Origin: Penicillus capitatus | Taxonomy: Eukaryota > Plantae > Chlorophyta | NCBI GenBank assembly: GCA_965649825.1 | Contig: OZ287713.1 | Location: forward strand, 56,644 to 120,643 | DNA length: 64,000 nt | Direction of reading: 5' to 3' | In this document: positions 21,905 to 35,600 of the stretch, one piece after another | How positions within the stretch are numbered: the stretch's first letter is position 1 | Layout: each line of letters opens with the position of its first letter | Made by a program: the position numbers and the translations under genes | Notes under the pieces: model-generated | The model's database searches: none | The model's input: the letters and a program-made list of their open reading frames with translations, nothing else | What the model was told of the DNA's origin: nothing

Positions 21905-23901
21905 TCACTTATAGCTTTCTAGGGTGATGGCCGACTTCTTGGTCGGCTGATACCCCCACAGCCTCTGGCTGATGATCTGATCTCGCACCAGGTTTGGCAC
22001 CAGGGCTTCCCACTCCTCCGTTCCCTGCGCACTATCACCGTCACTTACACAGATCTCTTCGCGGCTTCTACCTTCTGAATGCTCTCCACGACTTGCTTGG
22101 AGACATCCCCCGTCGACAGAACCTTCTGGTCGTACGTGTCGATGGGTACAATCGTCCCGCGCTGGTAGATGTAGTCATACAGCAGCTGCACGGCTAGAGC
22201 ACTTGGCATCGAAACGGATTGCGCCTTGCACAGCGACGGCCTTACATGGATCGACCTTGATGTCTTTGGCAGTGATCAGCTTCCCGGTTGATTGATCGAC
22301 GGTCGGGTACACGTAGAGCTTCTGATCGAACTTGAGCAGCCGGCCAAAGTTCTCGAGGATACCGCCCGGCAGGTCCTTGTAGTACGTAGGATTGAAGAGC
22401 TCCTTGATGGCGGGGACGCCCAAAGCGATAACTATGGCCTTCTCCGAGTAGCGACGCATGTAGGCCGCGAGGCTGAAGTATCGCTGAAAGCTGGAGAGCA
22501 TAACGATGTAGCCCATCGAACTCAGCGCCTCGATGCGCGTGACAAACCCGGCCTCGTCCACCCCTGCACACCAGAGAGTGAGAAACGGCTGCGTAAGATG
22601 GAGTGAAGGCACCGATCTCGGATGTCCAGTCCAGGAGATCGCCGCTGTCCATCATGTCCTTCGTCGTCATCTCCAGCACGACCTCCGTGTCCTCGCGGTA
22701 GACGCAGCTCTCATAGGGAGTCAATGCGTCTTCAGGATTGCAGAAGAACTGCGAAGCGGCACTCATCAGCATATCGTTGTGGAGCAGAGTGAATGGCCTG
22801 AACACATCTCTCTGGAGATCCGTGTGCACAGAAGAGTCCACCTGAAACGTCCACGAAGCATGAGCACGTTCTTCTTGTACAACACTTCCTGGGGGATCAT
22901 TGGATCGCCGGAAGGGTTGAAGATTGCTGCGTCTGCCAAGCCGTACTGCACTAGACGCAGGGACACCAGTCTCTTGTCCACCTTCTCGAAATCAGCTCCT
23001 GCAAAGTGCATCGCATCGATCTCTATCTGATCTCGGTTCAAATCGTCCAGCAACTCCTACGGCAGAACGGACTCGTGCATTTGACGAGCTCTCTGTCTTC
23101 TGCACCTTGATCATGTTGTAGGGATCTTCGTGATGTGTCAGAGCTGCGTGGATAAGGTTGACGCCGAGGATGCCGAGCGACTCCTGCTGCTGTTGGGCTG
23201 TCGGTTCTAGCATCCGGCAGTGAATCATGACAGAACAGGGTTCTTTTTTGGGCGCCCCCTGATACTTGATGCCCAACCATCCGTGGCATTCATTGTCCCG
23301 TTTGTACGCTTTGGCCACCACCGTGTCGGCAAAGGCGAAGAACTGTGTGTTGTCTCCACGATCGTTGTTCAGCGTCAACTGGCATTGCAGGAATTCGTAT
23401 TCCAGCATGGATTCCAACCTCTCCCTTGTCACATATCGCTTGCTGCGGCCATACATACTATCTGATATCGTCATGTCATAGGCCGAGACAGACTTGGCCA
23501 CCTGACAGACCACTGACCCTTTCGAGGAGACATACTCTTTTGCATCAATGGCTCACTGTTCCGGCGGCTCCTCCCACATAAAAGAACCAGCGTGCGACCT
23601 CCTGTCCAGCGCCGATTTCGGCGAGTGTTCCATACCATTTGGTGTTGAGATTGATGTCCAATGCCTTTGTAAACGTCACATCATCTCAGCGTCGCCTCTT
23701 GCTCTCACTTTTTTGGCAGTCTTGGAAAATCGGCGATCCTCTCCGCTGCCAGAATCCGTCGAGGAAGCGTTGGCCTGGGTACAGCGCCGAGGGTGAGCGC
23801 ATTTGTCCATGTCTCATGAGATCAGGACTTGAATAGGCGATCGTTCCGTCACCGGGGCGCCACGCAGCTCGACGTGTGGTGACGTTCGGCGTCGCAGACA
23901 T
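21905..23901 (-). CDS. Conserved bacterial-type nucleotidyltransferase-like protein of unknown function (family variously labelled NMN/NaMN adenylyltransferase-like)
   Basis: Spliced product KALDINLNTKWYGTLAEIGAGQEVARWFFYVGGAAGTVAKSVSAYDM...RYVTRERL..ML.YE...ECHGWLG...LGILGVNL...EVLYKK..RGRFRP; about 7 short GT-AG introns. Confidence 0.8.
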
Positions 23902-24060
23902 AGCCCACCCTGCCAGGAACGCCGGTATTTGTCGATGCTTCCTTTCCGCGTCGCATCGAAGACCGACGACGCCGTCGACGGTAAGACGACGCGGTGAGCG
24001 ACGACGGATTTAACGCGATGCATTGTATTGGCAAACGCGCAAATGCAAAAGATAACGACA

Positions 24061-24626
24061 ATGAACGAATCCCAGCGCGCTCTTTCACTTCATCAGCCAT
24101 GGGCTTCGCTCCTCGTCCACGGCATCAAACGCGTCGAAGGGCGTCACTGGAGGACGGAGTTCAGAGGACGCCTCTGGATTCATGCCACAAACAGGAAACC
24201 GGATCCCGAAGTCGTGACGCAACTTGAGAACCTCTACCGAGTCATCTTCGCGATGGAGGGGCAGTCGGAGATTCAGTTCCCTGACTACCCACAGGGTGTC
24301 CTCGTTGGCTGTGTGGATGTTGTCGATTGCCGTACAGCTTCGGAAGTGGAAAGATCGCCAACGGTGCCTCAGAATCTCAAACTGGAGGTGTGATCTCGAA
24401 TACCCGTTGTTTGTTCGTGCATGACCGTTGGTTGTTGTGCATGAAGGTGGGGACCTATCCTATATGCTTTCTATGTGATCGGGCAATGCATCTTAAAGAT
24501 CCCATTAAGCTACGTGGATATCCGAAGTTTTGGAACGTTCCGAAAGAGATTGCGGCCGAAGCTGAAGGAAAACTGAGACAAGCGGAGCTCGTTAACCCGT
24601 CATTTCGTTGGGCACATGTCGAATAA
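24061..24626 (+). CDS. ASCH-domain protein (ASC-1 homology)
   Basis: ALSLHQPWASLLVHGIKRVEGR.W.T.FRG.LWIHA, YPQGVLVGCVDVVDC and LRGYPKFW; one intron. Confidence 0.9.
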
Positions 24627-26925
24627 GGCTAAGAGTGAGAAACGGAGGTCCCGTATGTGCAATGACAGCGCATTTGATAGATACGCAATGCATACACAGT
24701 ATATGTCTTGCACACATCGCCCTACCTGCTCGATTTTAGGAATCGCGCCTCGTCAATACCTTTGACGAGGTTGCTAGATAAGGGCGTCTCGGAAACCTAA
24801 ACCGAGTGCCGTCGTCTCAATCTGCACCGACCTGCTTCGGAAGGTTATCTGCAGATTCGATGAAAGACGCGCTTCGTAAGTTCCAGGCATCTGCAGCTAA
24901 CCGCGTTGCTGACGCTAGATACGCCAACCTTCACGTTTCACGATGTCTCCCGCGTGCGGTCTCTTGATTTCGTCGCGTTCGGGAATATGTTTGGCGCACC
25001 GCGCGTGATGGATGCGATCGTCGACATCTTATGAATGGTGCCGCCCGCGTTCGTGTTGTGGTATGAACACTCCGCCATCGCTATCTGCGTGCGTTCGCAG
25101 CACTCGGGGCGCCATTTTGATTTCCGTTTCATTGTTCTCTCGAAGCGCCAAGCAGTTTCAACAATTTTACTGTACTTCGATGGGGACGCCTCCGCGGTCG
25201 CAGCGTACGGATTGGCGGATCCTATGGATCATGGCACGTTATCGCAAACTGATTTCAATGTGCTGCATTACAAGAAACGTCGTTGCCGCTGCCTTTAACG
25301 TACTGCGTCCTCAAAACCGGCGAAGCCTCGATAGCACCGTTTCTACGATGTGATTGAAAACGGAATGCGTTTCGAGGTTTCTCGAGTTGGGACGTGGCGA
25401 ACGTCTCGCGGCAGATGTGACGGATCCCTTTCTTTTTCTCTCGACTGTCTTCGACGGCCATCACGCACAACGCCTCACGCATCTGCGAAAACATCGAACT
25501 CAGAGGGACGCTACGAGGACCGAGATTTCGGCCAAAGCGCGTGAGACACAAGATACCGTTGCGTCAATTCACGACCTCATCTCTATCAGCCAATGGGCAC
25601 CAGGCTTACTGGATCTTTCGTGGTTGACGAGATCACGACCCTTCGTGAATTGTGAAGTCATCGCACGATGTATGACAGTCACAGTGGTGTATTCCTGAAA
25701 GCGCAATCAATGCCAACGGACGAGAGGGCCACGTGTTACAAACTGTTTCCCTCGGTAGTCAACACTCATCAATCACAGCATGGTGTCACGTTTCATCGGC
25801 TCTTCTCACTACCCACTTATTCCCTGCCCTTAGAAACAGGCAGTCAGTCCCATTGTCTTCGCTTCGCATGCGTCGAACGCAGCATCGTTGTCGGCCGAGC
25901 ACGCTGTCTCGTTGTTCTTCACTGCGAATACCCTCCTGAACAATGGATGGAGCTTTTCGCATGGTATGGGCCGCGTGTCGCCTTCTTTTCTCCATGACAC
26001 GACACGGATTGCCGAAATACGGCGTCTTTTCGTGAGAAAACCTGTAGAAGACTGTAACCATGCGTACTCTACTACAGAACGCAGTCTATCCGTCGTTTAG
26101 CATATAGTGACAAATCGCCCTAGCTCGTGTGGACATAACATCTCGACAGTTTCCATGCTTCGACTTTTTCCGTCTGGCTAAGATTGCCGTAACACAGTTA
26201 AGACGAAATAAACATTTCCAACGTTTTGCAGTGCACGTAGAGTCACCGTCTGTCAGACAAATGAACAGCGGACTAGAGGCTTTCTTTTGTGGCGTCAACA
26301 TGGATGTGACCAAAGACGCGCCTCGCGCCGGCGACATTCCGCTGTTTTGTGCATGTCTGGCGTTCAGTCTTGGCTGTTGGTTGTGGTACGAGAGGTCAGT
26401 CGCGGCCCGTTCTGCCGCTTTCCGCGTAAAAGGTGAAGGGCGAACGATGTGGCTGCCCATCTGTGCGCTGTCCGGCTATGCGCTGTTGTTTGTCGGATAC
26501 GCCGTTAAGGAGAACGCATGTCTTCCTCTGGAGATCTTTTAGTCACCGAGTCGCAGAAGAGGCAATAAAACGGGAAATGGACCTGAAGCATCTTCCTCTC
26601 CCAAGCTCCGGTTCAATACGTGGGCAATTCTAGCCAAACAGCATTACTGTTTCTCCCTTATGTTTCCTGTGTCGTCTGGAACGAGGTCTGGCAACTGTAA
26701 TGTATCGCAGAGGCATTTACTCAAGGGGCAATGTGCAATCATCGTGCATTGATAATAAAGCAGGATGAAGCAGCGCCCAGAATGTTCGACGTCTGCATCT
26801 CCTGTATGCGAATTCCGAACGTTCTCGAAACTGTAATGTTCCACTTTCAGATGTACCCAGAAACGTCATCGGCATAGGCATTCCCTCTAAGGACACAGAA
26901 AGCCATCGCTTTCTCCCTCGACCAC

Positions 26926-27652
26926 TTAGCTGTAGTACTTAAGCATGGATTTGGACTTGATGTCGAGCATGGCTTCCTGAACGGCACCCGGCTTCACGGC
27001 AGGTATCCCAACTCCCAAACACGAACAGATGCCTTTGACTTTGTCCAAGTAAGTCACTGTCACTGTCCCCTGCGATGTGACAGCGCGAAGGTGAGGATAG
27101 ACGAGGGTAAGGGGATGGCGGCCGTACATAGCTCTCCGAGACTGTATCCCGCGTTCGCATCTTGTCCGATGTTGTCGAGTGTCCTTCACTGACACCTGTA
27201 TCTCTCTCCGTGCCTTCGGGAAGGTAAGGGACATCTGTTGTGGATGGATGACGCGGATAGGGTCTTAGTTCTTCATATCTGATGCCCTCCAGCAGTCACA
27301 ATAGTTAAGCGCCAGACATCGGGCGGCATACCCATGGGCATAGGTGCATCGTTCATCGTAGGGACATCGTCCAAGCGTCGCGTATTTTTCACAGAGTTTT
27401 GTCTTGTAGAAATCTTTTGGGCCTTCTTTCATCTCTCGCCATCTCTGAGGCCCCTCCATTGGAGCCATACCGAGAGCGCCCTCGCCTCCTACCTTCATCT
27501 CTGTCGACCCCGGGACATCGTGAGCAAATTTGCATCGATCTCCGAAAGCACAGCGACCGTCTCGCCGCCAACTACACAACACCCAACACGTCACATCGAA
27601 TCCACTCGCAAGGCACACGCTTGTTGCAGATCCCTTGACGCGGAAAGTTCAT
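26926..27652 (-). CDS. Tandem CCCH zinc-finger protein (TIS11/TTP-like)
   Basis: C-x8-C-x5-C-x3-H fingers: CNNWRRDGRCAFGDRCKFAH (needs GC-AG intron 27572-27620) and YKTKLCEKYATLGRCPYDERCTYAH. Confidence 0.8.
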
Positions 27653-27760
27653 CGTCCCTCTCGATGTCGTACGATTCTTATCCCTCCCTCATCCGATGAT
27701 GCATCTGACGCTCCATTGTCGTCATCGATGTCGAACGGATCTGCCATTCGCATGCGTGAA

Positions 27761-30090
27761 ATGTCGAGCACCAAACCAGACTTGTTCAAAATCGCAAGGT
27801 CGTACATCGAACACCTTCTCGATGCCGTTCCTGGATACAAAGCGCTGTTGGTGGACAAGGAGACGCTTCGAATTGTCAGCACTGTATTGACACAGACAGA
27901 ACTCGGAGCTCGCGATGTCTTCTGCACCGAACGGCTTGACACACATGACGCTGCGGAGCACCATGAACTCAAAGTGTGACGCTGTGCACGCAAGGGGCTC
28001 AACGGGAGCTTCGTCGACCAGGCGATTTGTTTTCTCCGGCCAACGCGTGATAACATTACGCATATGAAGAGAGAGCTGAAGAAGCCGAGATTTCAACAGT
28101 ACTATATGTGTAATGTCACACATCTGTCACATCAGTCATACATTGCATTCCATTGCAGTCTTTTCCAACATCGTCAAGGAGACGTTGTTGACGGACTTGG
28201 CTGAAGCGGACGCCGAGAGTGAACTGGTGACGCGCGTTCAGGTCTGATCCCTGATACACGTATGGATGCGACAGCGCGCACGGTGGATGTTTGCCTTTCT
28301 CAGGAGCACTATGCAGACTATGTAGTACTGGACGGACATCATTTCTGCATCCCCATCAAACAGCCCAGTCTCTTCATGAGCCAGGGATTTGGATCTTTCG
28401 ATGGACGCGGCAACACAAACGAGTGATTTGATCAACTGCCTTGGCCACGTCCTCTATGCGCGAAAACGTGATGCAGGATGGAGAGTGTGGATCGAATGGT
28501 GCAAGGACTGTCGGCTTTGTTACTCTCCCTGCGTCGCCGTCCCGTCATCCGCCACCAGAGCGGATCCGATGTTGCCGTACGGTTAGCCATGTCCATCTAT
28601 CATCTCATATACAGTGAGGTGCGATGATGGAAGCCGGTCAGAATGTGTGCGAGTGTGGTTGGTGGTCACCAGGAGCGTCTGCATTTTGATTTTGGTCTTC
28701 GAGGAAACGAGAGCCCTCCTGTGTTGCTCATTCTCGATCGCAAAGACGATCCAGTGACGCCGCTTCTCACACAGTGGACATATCAAGCCATGGTGCACGA
28801 ACTGATCGGCATTCAGGACAACAAACTCAAACTCAACAAGCCAAATGTATGATCCTATATTGAGTCCTTTGCTCGACCAATGCCATCGTGTGATAGATTC
28901 CGAAAGATCATGCAGAGTGCGTGGTGTCGGCTTCTGTTGATCCCTTCTTTGAGAAGCATATGTATGCCAACTATGGCGATCTGGGCCTGGCGGTGAAGGA
29001 ACTGATGGACAGTTTCCAGGGCAGCGCCGTCAACTCACATCAGCTCAAGACCATTGAAGACATGAGGCGCTTTCTGCTGAACTATGGAGACTTCAGTCAG
29101 CAGCAGCGCAATGTCTCACGTCACGTCAACATCGTCAGCGTCCTCTCGGACGAAATCGGCAAACGATCCCTTATGGAAACCTCAGAAGTGCCTATGCATG
29201 CTTTCTGCGTTTGGAGCGTCAGCGTTGCTCCTTCTGTGCTAAGGTCGAACAGGATTTGGCATGCGCCACCGGTACATCTGCATCGATCGCCCAAGATGCC
29301 GTCATCAAGGTGCGTTGCCAGAAATCGCCGTCCGTGGATATCGTTACCGTACATGTGGACGACAGATCTTGCTGAACTCCGGAGCGACGTTGATGGATAA
29401 ACTCCGACTGGTCATGCTCTACGCCTTGCGTTTCGAAAACGATCGGGAGCGCATCCGACAGCTGACCTACCGTCTAGGACTGGAAGGCGTCGACGATCAG
29501 CTCATTCAATCCGTCAACATCCTGCTCAGATATGCAGGAAAGAGCAGGTTGGACGCTAAGTGCCAATGGTGGTATGACGGATGAATGGCTGCGATAGGCG
29601 ACGTGGAGATCTCTACGGAACACGGTCTGTCTTCTCCTATGCAAGGAAAATGGCAAAGACGTTCAAGGGCATCGAGAATGTGTACACCCAGCACGCACCG
29701 CTGTTGAGTGAGACATTGCGATTGCTGACGAGCAACGATCTCTCTTCCAGAGACTATCCCTACGCTTCACAATCCGGGGTACTTCGATCCATCCTCACAG
29801 AACAGCAGCCTCTTCACGATGTCCCGTAGACGGAATTGCCGCATTGGCAGGCGCAATACAAGCACAGCCCGCCGCAAGAAGTGATCGTCTTCATTGTGGG
29901 CGGCACCACGTACGAAGAGGCCAAGGCGATGCATGAGCTGAACGAACGGGCGGAGTCGAATGTGAAAGTGTGGTTGGGCGGCACCAACGTCCTCAATTCC
30001 TCGCACTTTATCGAGCTGCTGATACGCGGTTCCAAGGAACCGGGATCCCATATGGCGCCTTTGGAGATCATGAGAGAGGTTTCGTTGTGA
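27761..30090 (+). CDS. VPS45: Vacuolar protein sorting 45 (Sec1/Munc18 family)
   Basis: [60 protein letters not shown] and [10 protein letters not shown]; about 9 GT-AG introns. Confidence 0.95.
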
Positions 30091-30156
30091 AAAGCGCATA
30101 GACTCTGACGGTTAACATTGGGAAAATCTTCTCAAAACAAACACAAGCGTCCACTT

Positions 30157-31437
30157 TCACGATGCTCCAGCCACAATCTCCAAAATCTCCTTCGTAATCT
30201 GTGCTTGCCGAGCTTTGTTGTATTTCAAACTGAGGACGCGTTTGAGCTCCGCTGCGTTGTCTGATGCGGTATTCATGGCATTCATTCGCGCCGCCAGCTC
30301 AGACGCCAGGGCCTCTTGCAGCGCACGGAGCAGGACAGAATTCATGTACAGTGGCAGCAAAGCATCGATAATCTGAACAGGATCTTGCTCAAAGATCAAA
30401 CTCGCATCCAACATACCCACATCACGCAACACCGTTTCTCTCGTCACCTGTCAGGCAGACGTCGTGCGAAAGGGGCCTGTGTGTCGAAGGAGTCTTACGG
30501 AAAGCTCTCCTTCGACGGTGGTGAGTTTGAAAATCTCGTCCTCTGCCGCATCGACGCAGTTTCCACCGATGTCGCAGATTTCGCCCCGGGGAGTCAGGGG
30601 AAGCATCGTTTGGATGATGGGCGTAGATGCGATAAGGGAGACGAATTTTGTGTAGACCAATTCAACTTTGTCCACTTCCTCCGAGACAAATTCCGCAAAG
30701 ATCTCGTCGGCAATGCTCTGCGCTTCTTTGGTCGTAGGCGTCTGTCCCAGTTCAAAGATCTTTTGGATGTTGTACTGGGGGCGACGCTTAAAGTACTGCG
30801 ATCCTTTTCTTCCGACGCAAATCAGCTGGACATCAATCCCAATAGACGTGAGCTCCTGATGTCGCTCTTCCACCTAGAATCGATGATGTGACAGGCGCGA
30901 GATACCATGCAGGTGCCTGCCTTCTTGATGACAAAGTTATTGTATCCACCACAGAGACCACGGTCGCCTGTCAAACAGATGAGGGAGACTCTCTTGACGG
31001 GGCGAATGGAGGTGAGGGGCGAATCGACGTCTTCGTCACGCAGACGGAGGTTGACGCCGTAAAGGACCTGTGGAGATGTTGAGTGGAGACAGGACAGAGC
31101 ACAAGAGCGACGAACTTTGACGAGATTCTCGGAGAAGGGACGGCCGTTCACGACAGCCTCTTGTGCACGACGGACCTTGGCTGCTGCAACGAGTTTCATG
31201 GCGTCCGTGATCTTCTGTGTGTTCCTTACGGAACTGATACGATCGCGTGTTTCTTTCAGTCCTGCTCGGACGACCTGGAGAACGGCGACTGTATTGTGCG
31301 CCGTAGGTTTGGGGAGAGGGTACCAGTGTGTTTCCTCTCGCGTCGGCGGTGGTCGAACGGGAACGCGATAGGAGTTTGTTCCCGGCGAAGCTCGAGCATC
31401 CCTGAGACGACGCGGCAGATCGCATGGAAAACGCCAT
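30157..31437 (-). CDS. atpC: Chloroplast ATP synthase gamma subunit with transit peptide
   Basis: [31 protein letters not shown], redox loop [29 protein letters not shown] and [16 protein letters not shown]. Confidence 0.97.
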
Positions 31438-32642
31438 GGCTGGGAAAGGCGAGCAAGACACGGGGAAACGCCGACTGGTCTGTGTTAATGGATCTCGTCA
31501 CTTGGCGAATTTGTACGACAATAGATTTGAGATCATTACGGCGAAAGGAATCGCTGTCCGAACGGACGAGGCTGATGCATTCTTCTTCGTTCGAAGTTTC
31601 TGAGATCATCAGTTTCGTGATTTCTCAGGTTGTCTCTAGTATGTTCCTCTGAGCGGAATGGAGGGGGCACGTGTTGTCTGGGCAGCACGCAAGGATGACT
31701 AACAGAGCAGGTCGTACGGCTTGGGAGCGTACGGACAGAAGTCGATTCGTAATGGATGGTTCGGCTGGTTTCGCTGTCTTATATCGATAGAGAGGGCATT
31801 GGTGATGTATATTGTTGGCCGGGCCTGCTTCTGTGCTTTCCTATCGTCGAAGAAGCTGTTTTCGGCTGTGGTTAATTCGGAAGTAGGCGAAACGTAAAGA
31901 CATATGGCTACGATAGATAAAGCGATGGGTGTTTTTGTCATTGCATCGGAACAAGACGTCTAGCAGCCAGATGCAGGATTTCATTGCATTAACTGTCCTG
32001 CAGACTCGGAATCTGCATCTGGAAACGGATGTCGCAGACAGGCTGTCATCTCATTTTGACATGTTTGGCTTTTTTCAAGCCATTGATTGAATCCTAACCG
32101 CCTCCACCGTCGTCACTGGGGAGATTTTGATGCATGATCGAGCACCGGTCTTTCTTCCTGTGGCACGTATATCGGCGCGTTTCGAATGGATCCGATCCTC
32201 GGTCTGAAACGCGCCAGTTCATTTCAAGACTTCTTAAGTTTCCCTCAAAACCAACCTGCGTTAAGTGGGGAGAACAGACATTTCGTTTTTGTGTGAAAAA
32301 TTGCCACTCAAAAGACAGTTGATTTAACAAAGCAAAGACGGCAAGCAACACTTCATAGACGAGAAGCAGGGATGGTTGGTCTCCCAAAGCCGTTTTGATA
32401 TCTCTTAGTCGATAGAGAAGTCCTCGGTTTTTTATTTTGATGAAAATGTGACGTATGTGTATCAGGGAACTGTCATGGAAAGGATGATAGAGATTTAAGC
32501 GACATGAAATTCACGTGTATCATACAGATCTGAAAAGACAGCGTGAGAATAGCAGAATAGCAAACCACAAATGATTAGACCTGAAGAAACTTCACACAAC
32601 TGTGGTGTAGGGAAGTTGTCGGGTACAAGAAAAATCGGAACT

Positions 32643-35600
32643 TCAAACAGCATTGAGCCCGATATTTGCGAGAGACAAAGAGAATCGACCGCAGTCCCTC
32701 ATCCACTGGGGAACGTTACGCCATCCCGACTCCAGGACACGTTTGAACTTCTGGTATATCATCGTGCTATCATGTGTTACTATGTTGCAGAAGATGGTAT
32801 GCTCCAGTAGTGAGGTTTGTTCACGTGTATCTCTCGTGACGAACTTCATCGTTAATTTTACAGAAACGAACCTCACGGTCGCATCTCCAAACATTGGACA
32901 TGCGACGTTGAGCAAATCAGAAGGATCAAAGCTTCCTGGATCCAGCAGAGCAACCACCTTGTTTCCCTCATACAGACGGTCTTCTTCCTGGATCATTTCG
33001 AGTTGAGCTCTACTACCGTCTTTAAGAGTCGCTTCAACACTCAGAACTTCGCGAATAGGAGAGTTGCCGCCTCTTATGGGGTGGAGATAAATACTCACAC
33101 GGTGTTTCTGTCGGCACTTCAGAATAAAAATGGGATCTTGCGGAAGAAAATCGTCTGCCATCGTTGGTACTTCCCGGGCCTCGCAGCAATGAAAGGGAAT
33201 GCCTTGGATATCATTATCAGAGATGAGCTCTACGACATCGATGGCAACTGCTAGATTGGCCAGATCCATGTGTTGCAGTGTCAGAGTGACACATCTCAGT
33301 ATCTCATCAAATTTTTGCTCATCCTAGAGCCATCGACCCATCTGTCTTTAAGAACAGAAATCAGATGATCGCTTACATTCTTGCGTCCTGCAGCCATCTG
33401 AGATGTATCCAGACCAGAGTCGAAGATCCCCTTCGTCCTCGCTTTGGCTGCTGTCTGTCTTTCCATCGGTTTGATTCGAAGCAGATTTTTGACGAGACTT
33501 TTTTCCTGTTTTTCTTCGAGGCATTCAATCGTCGAGTTGATATGCTCAGCAGACTGGCGATCTCTTACATCCTCCAGCGACGAACAATCGCCATAGAAAC
33601 GCGTCCCTAGAGGCAAATAATGCAAGACCATGTGTAAAATGACAAGTGGAGAGAGTATGCACCTTTCAGCATCTCGAAGGCGATGATTCCGAACGACCAC
33701 ATGTCTGCAAAGGCGTCCACTGCGATCTCCTTTTTGCCATTGAAAGCAGCTTCAATGATTTCCGGTGCTGCGTAAGCTGGAGTCGCATGGATCTGTTCGC
33801 CTTCCCATGTAGTCGCCGCCGAATCAAAGTCTATTAATTTCCATTTGTACACGTCATTGAAAAAAATGACGTTGCTCGGTTTAAGATCGCGATGCACCAC
33901 ATTGTGGCTGTGTATGTCGACGAGAGCAGCCAGAATCTAGAACGGACAAGATTTTCAAAGAAAATGCCCAACGAAGAACGCAGAAGTGCACCTGGTCCAA
34001 AACAGATCGCCTGTCCATTTTGCTTGGTCGTGCTTTCTTCATCCAATATTCGAGAGTGTCATGTCCTCGTTCAAAGACCAAACAAGGCGGATATTCACAG
34101 TATTCAATGTTGTTCAATAATCTGAAGAGGGCGTTTTCTACGTGCATGGGAATGTATTGTGATGTGCTTGCTTGCAAACATGATCGCTGTGTCTTAGTTT
34201 GCGATGCATCTTCAAGGAATTATCATATAGAAGTCGATTGGTATAGAACTTCAGAACGACGGGGTCTCCTGTATTGATATTTTCAGCGAAGAATACATGC
34301 GCCTTCCTATTCACACTCTTCGATTTTATTAAGTAACTGCAGACCAAGGAATAAGAGAACATACGAGAACAAATCGAGCGAACCTTTGGGCAAAGTATGT
34401 CTCCTTGGTAAGAGTGTTCAACGCGTCCAGTGAACCGGATTGTGTGACTTCGGTCCTAAGAGTGAGCCATTAAGCGAGGAGGGCAACGATTTAGGACAAA
34501 TCACATACGCGCTTAAACAGCGTCGTAGGCCACGGACGTTCGGTGCAGAACAAGGCGATTCTATGACAGCACAGTTTTCGTTATTCTTTTGTTTTGCATG
34601 GATCGTGTACCGTATGGAGGTGGCGGGTTCGAATACGGGGAGGGTTCGTTTGGGGGGTATTCATGGTTGTAAGGACTGAATGGCTCTAATACCAGGCTCG
34701 CACTGGAGGTTCTGGATCTACCCAAACGCGGGGAGGCTTCAGTCGAAGAGTGCTCTAAGCTGCGAGGACTTGATGACTCATCTTCAGTATCTGAATCCCC
34801 CTCCAAGGACACCGATCCTTTACTGTCTAAACATCCATTCTGGTCTCGATCTGTTTCCCCTCCAAGTGGAGGTTCCGCAGCTGTGTGTTTTGGCTGTTCC
34901 CTGTCGCAGTTTGCTTTGATGCTGTATGCGATGACGAGGCGCCGGAACAGATTGGCGTTGAACATTTTCATGCGGATGCGATAGGTTCTCACATGCCTTC
35001 GACGCACCAGAACCACTTCTTTGTCTGAGGAACTGCACCAACGAATGTGCTGCATCTTCATGGATAGCTGACATTGAGTGAAGTCTTGATCAAAAAAATC
35101 GATACTGCGAGGGGTGACGACTGCAGAAGAAGTTTTTTCTTCTGACAGCTTTCTGTGATTGCATTCGACAAGTTGAACACTGAAGGAAGTGCTTTCGCCG
35201 TAGCGCTGTGTGTGGATCATCTCAAGAAACCACCTTCGAGGATCTTCTGGTATCATAAGGCTCTTCTTGGCAAAATAGTCCCGTGCTTCCTTTGCCCAGT
35301 CTATGTATTTTTCCCCAGCAAAACATTGCGATAGAAGTGACGAAGAGCGCTGAACAGTTACTGCTTTGGGAACGCATCCTCGAATCTTGTTAAATAACCC
35401 TGTCTCGCTAGAAAAGGCATCTGATCCATACTCGAAGAGAATTTGCGCTATGCAAAGCTTAAGAACATCATCCACAATGACAGGGAAATGCGTGTTGAGG
35501 TACTCTTGTCTTAACTGGCGATATGACAAGCGGACATAGTCCGCATTCAGCATCTCCGCTTTTGCTTCCCTGAAGAGAATCTGTTTGAAATGCACTCTGA

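Noticed and set aside
34626-34636. tRNA T-loop-like GGTTCGAATAC
   Set aside because: No cloverleaf or acceptor stem; it lies antisense within a coding exon.
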